Of a stretch of DNA of 64,000 nt, positions 36,501-49,200 are shown piece by piece (positions within the stretch are counted from its first letter, which is position 1; the number at the start of each line of letters is the position of its first letter). The position numbers were made by a program, and so were the translations under genes. Source of the DNA: Felis catus (lineage: Eukaryota); the NCBI RefSeq assembly GCF_018350175.1, contig NC_058369.1, positions 17,796,001 to 17,860,000 on the forward strand, in the 5' to 3' direction. Below the pieces are notes generated by a model, which was not told the DNA's origin, ran no database searches, and saw only the letters and a list, made by a program, of their open reading frames with translations.

Positions 36501-39500
36501 GACCTCTTAGCCCTGATGCACCTCTCCCCACTGCTCCTCTTCTCATCCCTTAATCCAAAGTCCCTACTGTGACCCCAACTCACCCTGAAACCTCAAAACC
36601 AATCCTACTCTATCCCCCAGTGTCCCAACTTTCTACAACCCTCTTGACATGAAATCCTCATGACCCTACCATGACCTTCCCTGCCCCATTTTGACCCCCT
36701 TTTGTCCACTGTCGAGAGGGCCCATACCTTGGGACCAATCAGGCCCTCCTTTCCAGGGGTCCCCGACTGGCCCGGCATACCCGGCTCCCCCTGGAGAAGA
36801 GAAAACATGAGCTGGGCCTTGGCCTACCCATCCTCTCCCCATTCTGGGTGCCCCACACTCACCACATCTCCCTTGCGTCCTGCCAGCCCAGGGCGGCCAG
36901 GGGGACCAGCTTCTCCCTGCAGGGATCAATCAGGTAGAAGGGTCAGACAGGCCCCAGGCCCCACAGACGCCCATGTTCCCATCACCTCTGTACCTTATCT
37001 CCCTTCTCTCCGTCAAGGCCACAGGCCCCCTTTATCCCTCGTTCACCCTGGGGGGGGGGGGAAAGAAACGGAAAAGTGACTTCCAGACACCTAACCCCTT
37101 GACCAGACCATGTAACCACTCTCCAAACTGGCCTCAGACACTCTAATCTCTGACCTTCCAACCCCTAATCTAATGCCCCACATTCAATCCCATATACCCC
37201 AACATCTGACCCCAGATACCTGACCTTTGACCCCAGATACCTTGCCCTCCAACATCAGGCCTTCCTGACCAGGAAAAAAGCCCAGCCCCTTCCCACCTTG
37301 AGGCCCCGGGGACCCATGAAGCCAATATCTCCTTTGTCGCCTCGGATACCAGGGGTTCCATCCTTTCCTGGTGATCCCTGGTAGAGAGAGGGGTCAATAT
37401 GGAGTCAAGAGAGGTCAGGAGGGATCCAGGGGAATCACTCTGGATGAAAGGAACAGGAAACACCACAGGGGTGAGAGTCACTATTGGAGGCCAGAGCCAA
37501 TGGAAGGGCAGGATTTTCCATGGGCAGAGGTCACCATGCGGGTGGAAACATCATAGCAGTTACTGTGAAGGTGGGGGCACTGGGCAGCATGAGGATACCA
37601 TGAGACCACTGGATCACTATAAGGTCAAAGGCCACCACAGGGAGATGGGGCCCTGTGGGGCAGGGGGTCTCTGAGGGAGCAGGGGCATCTTACCGGGTCA
37701 CCTGGGATCCCTGCAGCACCAGGTTCACCCTGTAGGAAACACAGATGGGGGAGGGCCACCTTTCAGTGTGACTGTCCCCCGTGCCACTCAGTCACTCCCA
37801 GGCTGCACACAAATCCCATGTAATCACATGGCCACGTGGCCAACAGTGAGGGAGGCTGGAAAACCTCCAACGTTCAGAGGACACCCATGAGACAGATGTG
37901 TGTGACGGGTGGTTTGGGGTCTGTGCCTGGGGCAGGGCTGACCTTGGGTCCTGTGAGTCCACGAGCTCCCAGCAACCCGGTTGAGCCCTTGTCACCAGGC
38001 TCTCCCTTGGTGCCCTGTGGGTGTAACCAGGAGAGGGACATAATCAGGACCACACCAGGCTGGAGGCTTGAAGTATGACTGGAACCTGCCAGGTGGGGCA
38101 GCGCTCGCTCCCACCCATCACCCTCAGTGTGGCTCATTTCTCATCCCGGGCCCTCAGATCCCTGCCCCTTCTTCCTACCATGGGGCTCCTGAACCAACCT
38201 GGAGTACTCCTGACACCTAAGAAGCCCCTTGCCTGTTCCCAGAGGGCCTCTCTTCGAGCTACATTCCACAGAGCTCCCTGGCAACCTCACATGGAGGTCC
38301 TTGAGCCCACTGTAGAGCCCCCATCCTCTCAGCCACTCCACAGAGTTGCCACAGCCTACTGAACCCCCTCCTTCTAACCCCCAGAAAGCCCCCATCCTCC
38401 CCTTTTTTCCTCACAGACCCTCAATAGAGCCCCCACAGCCCACAGAAACCCTCTCCTGACCTTATATAGAGTACCCCACCCTCTTCTCTGTACCTTCTCT
38501 CCAGGGTTCCCAGTGTCTCCTCGAGGTCCTTTGTCACCATCTATGCCCCGAGGCCCTCGTTCGCCCTGGGTCAGGGGTCAGAAGTGAGGGTCAGGGGCTG
38601 GTGGTCTCTCACCATCTGAGGGTTTGAGCACTCAGATTCCCTGGCCCAGCCCCCACGGGAGCTCCTCCCACACCCAAGACAGACCCACTCTGTACATGAG
38701 CCAGACCTACTCACCATGTCCCCTTTGGCACCCCGTGGCCCTGGAGGCCCCACAGCCATGGCTGCATCACCCTGAGTGGACAGAGGGCAATCAGAGGACG
38801 CGGGACCACACTTAGCCCCTGCCTCTGCCCTCCCGCATGCCCACACTCACCTTGTCACCCTTTAGCCCTGTAGTTCCAGTGTCACCCTATTGGGTGGAAG
38901 AGTGTGAATCTCTCCAAACTGAGGAGTCCCAAGTCCTGAATTACAAGATCTGGCTCCACCCCCACCCACCCTGGGGCCTTTTCCCCATGTCCTTACCTTC
39001 TCCCCACGTTCCCCCCGGCTGCCCGGGGGCCCCTGTATGAGAAGACAACAGTGAGCTAAATAAACTTGGGGGCATTAGTGGGGAGACCGCTCAGGGGGTA
39101 GGGGACAACCAAGGGTCCAAGGGGAATGGGAGACATGAAGAACCAGAGAGTACATAAAAAGAACCAGAAGTCTACAGAGTGTGTCCCAACAGCACAGAGG
39201 TCACAGGCAGGGGAATGAAGTCACATCACTGGTGCTTTCCCCAAGGGGACCCACCGTGAGTCCTCGGGGTCCCTCCTGGCCGGGACGGCCGTCTTCACCC
39301 TGGATGGTGACATTGAGTTCATTGACTCAGAAGTTGGAAATGAGAGGCAAGAGCTGTGGTAAAGGGAGCCATGGCTGCAGAGCAGGAAGTACATACCCGG
39401 ACACCAGGTTCCCCACGCTCGCCTCGGGCCCCGGGCAGCCCTGCTCCAGGGTCTCCCTGGAGATCAACAGGACACCAGGGATATGAGAGGGGAATCAGTG

Positions 39501-42500
39501 GGGGACAGAGGGTCAAGGGAGGTCAGTGGAGGGTGGAGGGAGTGATGGATACAGGAGAGCCAGCAGCATTGTCCCATCTACCTTGTCTCCTTTGAGTCCA
39601 GAGGGCCCGGGCACTCCCTGTGGGCAGAGTAAGGTGAGTGTCCCATGCCCTCAAAAGCACACACACATACCCAGACACACAGTGTGTCCCAGTTCCCACC
39701 TGGACAGACTCCAACACACAAGAATCAGATACCCGGGACAGAGAGCACTTCTACTCACCACTGACCCTGGTGGTCCAGGTGGCCCCAAGGGACCTGGGGC
39801 TCCCTCTCTCCCCGGGAGACCTGCCAGACCCTACGGGAACAATAAAGCAAAAGAGGCAGAGAATGACTTGGAGACCTTCCTCCCCTATGGCCCCTCCAAG
39901 ACTGGAGCTCCTGAGGCAGGGCCTGGGCCCCCTTCTCCTCACCCACTACCAAATTCAGAAGTCTTGAAGTCACCAAGTCCCTGCATGCTGCTCCCAGCAC
40001 GCTTACCCGCTCTCCACTGGGGCCTGGCTGACCCATCTCTCCACGAAGGCCTGTCTGACCGGGGAATCCGACAACACCAGGAGCACCAGGGGGCCCAGGG
40101 GGGCCCGCATCTCCCTGGAACAGAGATAGCAAAGGGAGGAATGGCCCCAACAGGACTCCTTCCCAGAACCAGGCCCAGAATGCCTTCTTCCCGCTTCCAG
40201 GCACCTCCCTGCCTGCTGCACACCACTGGTGATGGGGCATTGACTAACCTTCAGACCTGGAGGACCAGCTGGCCCAAGGGGGCCCTGGACCCCGATTCCT
40301 GGGTCACCCTTCAAGGGAAAGAGGGGTCAGATCAGCTCTCCGAGTCCCAGGAACATGACCCCCAGCAGGGATGCTTTAGGGTACACATACCTTATTACCC
40401 TTGAGTCCAGGAGCCCCTTTTTGACCCTAAAAAAGCAAAGTAAACAGTACTTGAGACGGGAGGAACATGAACCCAGAGCTTAGACACGGCCCAAGAATAT
40501 TCCCAGGGTAGCTCACATGTGGAACTCAGACACGTAAGCAAGGATTGGCTCACAGGAGCCCAGAGGTGACCACAGATATGTGGGAGTTTAGGCGTGGCTA
40601 CAGACACGGGGAGCCCACACAGAAGCACAGGCATAGGGACCTCCGGTGTGAGCACAGACACACAGGAGCTCCCAGGAGCACACAAATGTTGCCCCATCCT
40701 GGGGAGCTAAGACAGGCCCACAAGCATGCATTCAGATACATGGAACGCAGAGGTGGCAGGGGAAAGGGGTACATTAACAGGAGACCTAGGGCATCAGACA
40801 GGGACACACACATGTGTGCTCAGACACAGTGAGGAGCAGAAGACCTAGGATAGGCACAAGGAAGCAAAGACACACCCCCGCCCCCACCCAGGAGTGAGGA
40901 AGCCAAGAGGCTGGATCCCTGTGTACTCCCTGGAGCGGGATCCTGAATGCTGGAGGGTGCACAGGCCTGGGAATGGTCCCTCATGTCCACACCTGCACTC
41001 CTCACTCCCAGCTGACTTGCCCAGACCCCAGACTCACATCTTCCCCAGGGTCTCCAGGCTCCCCTGCACGGCCAGCTTCACCCTGCACAGAAAGGGTAGT
41101 AAGGTGATCTAGCCACCCAGCCTGGCCCCCCTCTACACAGTGCTTAGGCCCTTGGGCTGGGTCTGCCTCACCTTCTCGCCCCGAGGCCCTGGCAGTCCTC
41201 GATCACCTTTGGCTCCCTGTAGAGACGGGACAGGAAGCAACATGGGCATTAGGGGCACAGAAAGATGACACCCAAGGAAGGAGGTGCAGGGTCTAATGTA
41301 ACACGTATTATGAAAGCCCAGAGTCATGAAGATGGGTGAACTATGCTGTCGGAGGCTCCACACTCACCGGCTCTCCCACCAGGTCTCCAGCAAGGCCTCC
41401 GGGGGCTCCCTGATGAGGAAGAAGGGTCAGTGGGATGCCCTGGCCCCCCTCAGTCCCTCCCCCCAGGCCTTCTGCACACTCACCTTCTCTCCCTTTGCTC
41501 CAGGGGGCCCGACCACAGCCTGTGGGGAATGCCCAGTGAGTTACCTAGCCCCCCCGCCTTCTCCCCAGCCCCACCCTGCCAGCCTGGATGGTGAGGCAGA
41601 GGAGCTGGTACAGAGGGTCGGGGTCAGGGTCAGGATCACCTGTCCAGGAGTCCCCATGGGTCCAGGCTCTCCTTTAGGTCCAACAGGGCCGGGCAGACCT
41701 GGCGACCCCTGTGACAGGGCAATGGGAAGGACTCAGTGCCTCCCCACTGCCCTGGGCCTGCTGCCACTGCTCTCCCTACTCTCTAGGCCCAGGACCGGGC
41801 ACACGGCCCCATCACAGGCTTGGAGAAAGCTCTCCCAGAATACACACCGGCACACCAGGAGCTCCTCTGTCTCCGTCTTTGCCACTGGCACCATCACGAC
41901 CTGGGGCTCCCGGCTTCCCTGTCTCCCCCTGAAAGGGAGGAGCTCTGTCATGGCCTGCCCACTGACTCCTGACCCCCTGGAGTTCAGTCTTGACCCCCAG
42001 GACTCACCACTTGTCCAGGCAGACCCGGTGCCCCTTGAGGACCCTGAAGGAGACAAGTCAGATGTGAGAAGAACATGGGGGAACGTGGGACCCAGGGGGC
42101 AGGACATGGTGTCCCTGCAGGGACCTCACTTACCACGAGGCCTGAAGGGCCAGGAGGGCCAGGAAGTCCCACAGCCCCGGTGGGTCCGGGCAGGCCCTGG
42201 GGGAAGAAACAGTTCAGGGCAGCTCCAATCCCACGTGGCTCCCTGTGACTCTAACCCCTGAGCTGGGCCACTCACCCGTCCTGGTGGTCCTGTCTCTCCA
42301 GGCTCCCCCTGCCAAAAACCCAGAGACCTTGTGACCCCACAAAAAGACAAGAGGCTCCTCAGCCCTCTGCCCATAAGAAAAGCCCACGTGGATGGGGCAC
42401 CTTGGTGCTTAGCCCCATCTCAGGGTGATGACAACCCAGGGGGGTGGCAGGGGCTATCCTGGTGTGGACATGGCTCAGAGGAGCCTCCTCTGCCTTTTAG

Positions 42501-43077
42501 CCACACGCCTGCACACACCTATACTCACCTTCAGGCCAGAAGGACCCTGGGGTCCTGTGGAGCCAGCAAGGCCCTAGAAAAAAGTATCAAGAGCAGGGGA
42601 CGGGAGTCAGAGTCATCTGCCGGGGCTCGGGGATTAACACAAACAAGGCCTGGCTCACCAGTGGGGATTAGTGCCCATCCCACCCCCACCAGGCAGTGCT
42701 CTCCTGTTACTCACCGGGGCACCAGGAGGTCCAGGGTCTCCGTGGCCACCCTGTTGGAGAGAGAAGGAGTCTGGTGAGGCGGAGCCAGTCCCACCCCACC
42801 AGAGAAACTAAGGCAGTACTGACCCTTGTGGCATGGGGCAGGATGGGGGCAGGAGGGGTGAGGATTCTGATACTCACCACTGGGCCAGGGGTCCCCCTTG
42901 GACCTTGCAAACCCTGGATAGAGAAGGGGGGCTGCTGAGCCTCAATCCGGGCCTCATGTGGGCCTATTTCCAACGTGCAGAGGCCTCTGTCTAGGGAGCC
43001 CACATGCAGGCTGCCACCCCTCAGGCATAGATCACCCCATACCCTCAGGGATAACACATCCTGGCCTACACACCACA

Positions 43078-43117
<40 letters not shown>

Positions 43118-46100
43118 GCACTCACACCCTGGCACGCAGGCACAACATCCTTGTCACTGGTGACATGTGCACAGAGCAGCCAGCTCCCAGCAGAGGGCAG
43201 CTGTTCCCAGGAGCCTGGGCCAGGAGGTTCCTGCCACCACTTACCGGCTTCCCTTCAGGCCCAGCCACACCACGCTCTCCTGGTAGACCCTGAAGAGAAC
43301 AGGTTTAAGACCACATGGATCCTCTTTGTTCCCACATCCCAGCCACCCCAGACAGTCCCAGGCAGTGCAGACTCCAGTCCAGACAACACTGTAAGAGCCC
43401 TGTGCAGGCACATGGGTGACCTGTGGCACAGACTCACCGGGCTGCCATCAAGACCCCTCTGTCCAGGCTCTCCCCGGTCTCCCTTGATGCCTGGCACACC
43501 CTATAAGCAGAACGGCATGTCCTGAGCCCCCAGTCACTGCTATGTGCCCATAGACACACCACTGCTCACGTGCCCCCCTAAAGGAGAGGGAAGCGTGGTG
43601 GGTTAGCAGGCCTCACCCTGTCTCCCTTGGGGCCTCGGTCGCCATCACTGCCTGGATCCCCCTGTAGGGATGACATGTCAAGCTGGACCCTGGTGCCATG
43701 GCAGGGAGTGGCCCCCCCTGTTGATCGCACACACTGACCTTAGTGCCTTTGAGTCCAGGGGGTCCTTGCACTCCAGAGAGTCCAGGACCTAGCTCATCCA
43801 CAGCCACCTACAAATACCAGGTCATAGGAGAGAAATGTGTCTATCACAGAGGCATGGAGGGGTCACCCCGGATTAAAGGATCCCACAGGATTATGGGTTA
43901 GAGACACCATATGGAGTTTCTGGGGCCTAAGTTAATGGTGCCCTCCTGGTAACAACAGCCACAGGCCCAGGGCAGGGCTGGCTGATCACCTTGGGGCCAG
44001 GAGGGCCGGGAGGTCCAGGGAGGCCAGGAGGGCCGTCTCTGCCCTGTGGAGAAGAAGGAAACGGTGTGGCTTCCCCAGCACAACACCCAGGAAGTCCCGC
44101 CCCCTGTAGCCTCTCTCAGCTCACCTGTTCCCCACGTTCTCCTTTCTCTCCTCGTTCTCCCTGAGGTGCAAATAGCAGGGTGAGGGCCACATCCACGGGG
44201 AGCCCAGCCCCTCCTGGCCCCACATCCCCAGTCTTCCTGGCTAGCCCAGCTCACCCTCTCTCCTGGCCTTCCTGCCTCCCCTGCGTCCCCAGCCCGGCCT
44301 GGGAGCCCAGGAATACCAGGCTTTCCAGGCTCCCCGGCAAGGCCGGGAGGTCCAGGGGGGCCCCTTTCCCCAAGAGCCAGGCCTGGTGGCCCCTGAGGGC
44401 CAGGGTCTCCACGATCTCCCTTCAGCCCACGTTCTCCAGAAAAGCCAATGGGTCCCTGGAGGAACAGAAGAGTGAATGTTGCTAGAGGTGGGTGACACCG
44501 TCCACAGGACATCCCCACTGAGTGATCGACACTCACCTCCTTGCCTGGGGGGCCCCGCTCGCCTGGGTCCCCCTTAGGACCACGGCGCCGGTCAGGCAAG
44601 GGCAGGAAGCTGCCGGAGCTCTCATCCCAGGTCTCCACGATCTCTCGCAGGGCAGATGTCTGAGTGATAACAAGGGGTTGGGGAAACAGGGACCGTTCCT
44701 GCAGCCACCCAGGCCCTCGCCAGGCCATGTGGGCGCCCCTTGCCCCCTGGGGCCTCCATCCACCCCCACTCCCGGCCCCCAAACAACCTACCTTGATGCC
44801 AATCGTTTCCAGCAACCGCTCCACATTCTGGGGACACAAGCTGGGTGAGGGGCTACCCTCAGAGAAGCCCCACGCTGCTCCCAGAAACAGCTTCCATACT
44901 CTCTTCTCCAGGCCTCTTGCCCACAGGACACTTTAGCGCTGGTTGAGGTGGCTCAAGGCCCTGGAAGCCCCTCCCTGGCATGCCCCCATTGCCTGGTCCC
45001 CCCAGTGTAGACTATGGGAATCCCAATAGGACAGGAGACTGAACACAGGACAGAACCCATGGGGCCACAGGGCAAGGGGAAGAGGATAGAGGTGGCTCCT
45101 TTAGGCATGCAAATAAGAGTCGAGGACCAGGTCTTAAGCTTCACTCACCCCCACGCTCCCAGGTTCTCCTCTCAGGCCACGTTCTCCCGGAAGGCCCTGG
45201 AGACACCAAGAGACAAGTTGCTGGACCCAGTTTCTGGGGGAAGTGTGCATGCACCATGTGGGAGCTATGGCTACCTGGGCATGTGAGAAAGGTGGGGACC
45301 TCACCTGTTCCCCTTTGGGTCCACTCTCCCCACGGTCACCCTGAGAACAAAGAGTGATCACAAAGAGAGGTGGGAGGAAATGCTTCAACCCTACTAGCCC
45401 CTCACCGTACCCCCTACCCACCACATGCACACTCACCTTGGGGCCTGTGTTTCCTGGAACCCCAGGAAAACCCTGAGATATGATAGAACACAAAGAGGTC
45501 ACATAGGATCATGGTATCCCAGGATGGTATCCAGTGGGAACATAATGGCCCCCGACGCTCCCAAGTCCTAGAACGACCCTCCTGGATACTCACCTGGCCA
45601 GAAGGGCCCACCTGCCCAGGGAGGCCTGGGGGACCCTGGAGTCCAGGGCTACCAGGAGCTCCACGCTCACCCTTGGGACCCTCATGGCCCTGTGGGGGAT
45701 GCAGCCAGGATCAGGACCCTGAGGCCCCAGAAAAGAGTGGAACCATATATCACAGATATCACAGGGTCATGGGTCAGGTTGCAGAAGGCTCCAGCACTCA
45801 CTTCTCTCCCGGGGGTGCCTGAATCTCCCTTCTCTCCCTGTGGAGGACAAGGGTACTTTAGATAGGGCCCTATTCTGAGGGCAGAACAGACTCCAAGCGA
45901 GGGGTCTTACCTTCCTTCCATCTTCTCCAGGGTCCCCAGGTTCCCCCTGTGGGCACAAGATTCACATCAGCCCCAAAATTCACTGGTGTCTGGCTGCAAG
46001 ACACTGGCTTGGCTGGTCTCAGATGATTGTATGTCTGTGTCTATGACTCCAAGCCTCTGTGTCTTGGAGCACGGCCTATGACCATCTGAATGAGCCTTTA

Positions 46101-46197
46101 TACATCTGAGGGCATGCCTGTGTGGTTCTGCTCACTTCTACATGTAACTGCACATGTTCTCTATCTCTGGCTTTCTAGATGTAATACCACATCTATG

Positions 46198-46242
<45 letters not shown>

Positions 46243-49200
46243 GCATGTGTATCCATGCATGGGCCTTATGTCCTCATAGGTGGCACTTAGTAGGTGTCTG
46301 TCGGTCTGCACATTGTGACTCATATCTACATATGGGCATGTACATGTATACACAGGGCGGACATGTGTCTACATGTCTCTGGTGCCTTGAGAATTGTCTC
46401 TATGTCTCAATATCTGTGTACAAGTCAACATGTGTGGCCATATGTAGGTGAGTGACTGCGGATATGAATGCACGTGTCACATGCCAGAGTCTTGGATGTG
46501 TGTCTCATTATGTTTCAGCACAGGTCCACATGTGGCCCTGGTCCCATGTCTTAGCACATATCTGGTCTGGGTGGAAGTGTCTGTGTCAACAAGTCTCCAA
46601 GTATCCGTCAATGTGGCTTCATGCGAGTATGTCTGCCCCTCTCAATCTGTGTCTGTGGCTCTTCACCTGATCCCGTGGCTGTGGGTTATTTTAGCAGGTG
46701 TCAGTCCATCTGGGCACAAATCAGCATGCCCACATAACTCACTGCGAGGCTGCCTGATGTGCACGTGACGTGGATTTCAGTATGTATCTGTATGTAGGTC
46801 TGGGCTAGGTACATGGGTGTTGACACACTTCAGCAAGTGTCTGCCTGTGTGTCCCATGTGCAGCTACATATCTGGTCTGGGTACACGTGCTGACATTTCT
46901 CAGTAGGTGTCCCTGTGTCTGCTCTAGAAACTCACATTTTTCCCATTCAGGCCAGGCTTGCCATCCTCTCCTGGCTTTCCCTGTGGGAACAGAACATTAA
47001 GTCAGGGATCGGGTGAGGGCAGTAACGGGGCAAAAGGGTACCATGAGGGGGCCTGGCTGGCTCAGTTTGTAGAGCGTGAGGCTCTTGATCTCAGGATCAT
47101 GAGTTCGAGCCCCACATTGGGTGTAGAGATTATATACATACATACGTACATACATATATACATACATATGTAAATAAACTTTAAAAAAATGGGTACCATG
47201 AAAACTCAGTCTCACCTGGGCTCCAGGGGGGCCAGACGGGCCAGGGGGTCCGTGTTCTCCTCGGAGGCCTGGAAGCCCCTGGAAAAAGTCTTTGCTAGGG
47301 TTGAAAGAGCCACTGAGAGCCCCTGGAGCACACCCATGGACTGGGGAGGACCCCATTAAGATCCTCCTTGAGTGTAGAGACCCCCAAAATTTGGCGGTTT
47401 CACTGAAATCCCCTGAGGCAGAGACTCCATTGGTTAGGGCCCCCACCTCTACTAAAATTCCCAAGGGAATAACCTACAGGACTTGGGGGACCTAATAAGG
47501 CCCCCAAGGCGAGGCCAAGAAGGTCAGAAAGCTGGACCCTGCTAAAACCTGCCTGCCAGGGACTGAGACCCCTCCCAAGGACAGGGCTGGACCAACCGCT
47601 CCTATTCCCAGTGGTACTGTGAAATGATGACCCCGGGCAATTTATGCTGGACCTGAGCCACTCTCCGGCCTAAGATCTCCCCTCACTGGGGTGCCTGGGT
47701 GGCTCAGTCGGTTGAGCGTCCGACTTCGGCTCAGGTCATGATCTCGCAGTCCATGAGTTCAAGCCTGGCATCGGGCCCTGTGCTGACAGCTCGGAGCCTG
47801 AAGCCTACTTCTGATTCTGTGTCTCCCTCTCTCTCTGCCCCTCCCCTTCTCATGCTCTGTCTCTCTCACTCTCAAAAATGAATAAATGTTAAAAAAAAAA
47901 CAAACAAAACCAGATCTCCCCTCACTTACGTCTCTCCCTGGGTCTCCAGCTTTGCCTGCAGCACCCTGAGGAGAGACTCAAAGTCAGGGGGTCTGCAGTG
48001 ATCACGGGGTCAGGAGCACCACCCACCAACAACACCACTAGTTCCTGTGAACTCAGGCCTGCAAGGCACTAACATCCCCCACCCAGGAAGGTTCTAGGAG
48101 AAGACACAGATACCCCACCTAGCTCCCGAGTTCATCAAGACCAAGAAGACCCAGGTGAGGCTGGGGTCATATGAAGAGGAAAGGGAAAGGTGTGACCAGA
48201 CCATGACCCTCATGACTCACATGCAGCCCAGGGGGGCCAGGGGCTCCTGGTTTACCATCCAGCCCACTGCGGCCATCCAGGCCAGGTGAACCCCGGTCAC
48301 CCTGAGGAAAATAGAGAAGTAAGAGGCCTCAAAGGATAAGATGGACCTAAGAGCCTGGCTCGCGGCTAAAAAACCTCCATGCCCTCTCACCTTCTCTCCT
48401 GTTGGGCCTCGGACACCTGGGTCCCCCTGGAGGGAACAAGGTCAGATAAGAGGTGAGGGTAAGAGGAGGACTGAGGCTGCTGGGGCAAAGAGTATCACTC
48501 ACCTGAGGGCCTGGGGGCCCCCGGAGTCCACTGATGCCCTGAGGATAGGGGAAGGAAGAAATCAGACCAGGCTTTCCCAGACCCACACCTCCTCATGGGA
48601 CCAACCACACTCACCCTCTCCCCAGCAGCTCCAGGGGGGCCTGGGTCACCCTTGGGTCCTCGAGGACCCTCCTGTCCACGGTCCCCCGGCTCTCCCTGTG
48701 GCAGAGACAAGCTGGTTGAAGGAACGGCCCTAGGGCTGCAGGCAGGCCCATCATGGAGGCACCAGGGGGCTTCCCTGTGCTCAGAGCTTCACTCCACCCA
48801 CAGACCCTGATACCTTCTCTCCAGCTCCAACTCCCATGTCTACCTGTGGGAGGGGGGGGATAGTCAGTGAATGGTTCAACAAGGAGAATTGGGGCTAGTG
48901 AGGGGCTATGGGATCAATGGAGCTATCAGGAGGCCATGAGGGGAACAGGGGGCAGTGGAAGGGATGAAGGGATACCATGTGGCGCCAACAGGGGCAGGTG
49001 AGGGACAGGATAGAGGACCACACCCAGCTAAGCCCTTACCAGCCGTGCAGGGGGTCCCGGGAGACCCTGGGAAAGGAAATGATTATGATCAATAGGAGCC
49101 CCAAGATCACAGGGCATGGCTGTTCATCCCAGACTCAACTCTGCTCCCCGATTCCCTGAAGCACCCCAATGCCAACACCCAGAAGGCAGGTCAGGCCTGG

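Noticed and set aside
39526..42261. Long + strand ORFs (292 aa, 311 aa; also 61558-62199) opposite COL7A1
   Set aside because: These are antisense shadows of GC-rich coding exons and stop-poor introns, with no recognisable domain or gene structure.
43898..44839. 313-aa minus-strand ORF
   Set aside because: It is COL7A1 exons 71-73 read through in-frame introns, not a separate gene.
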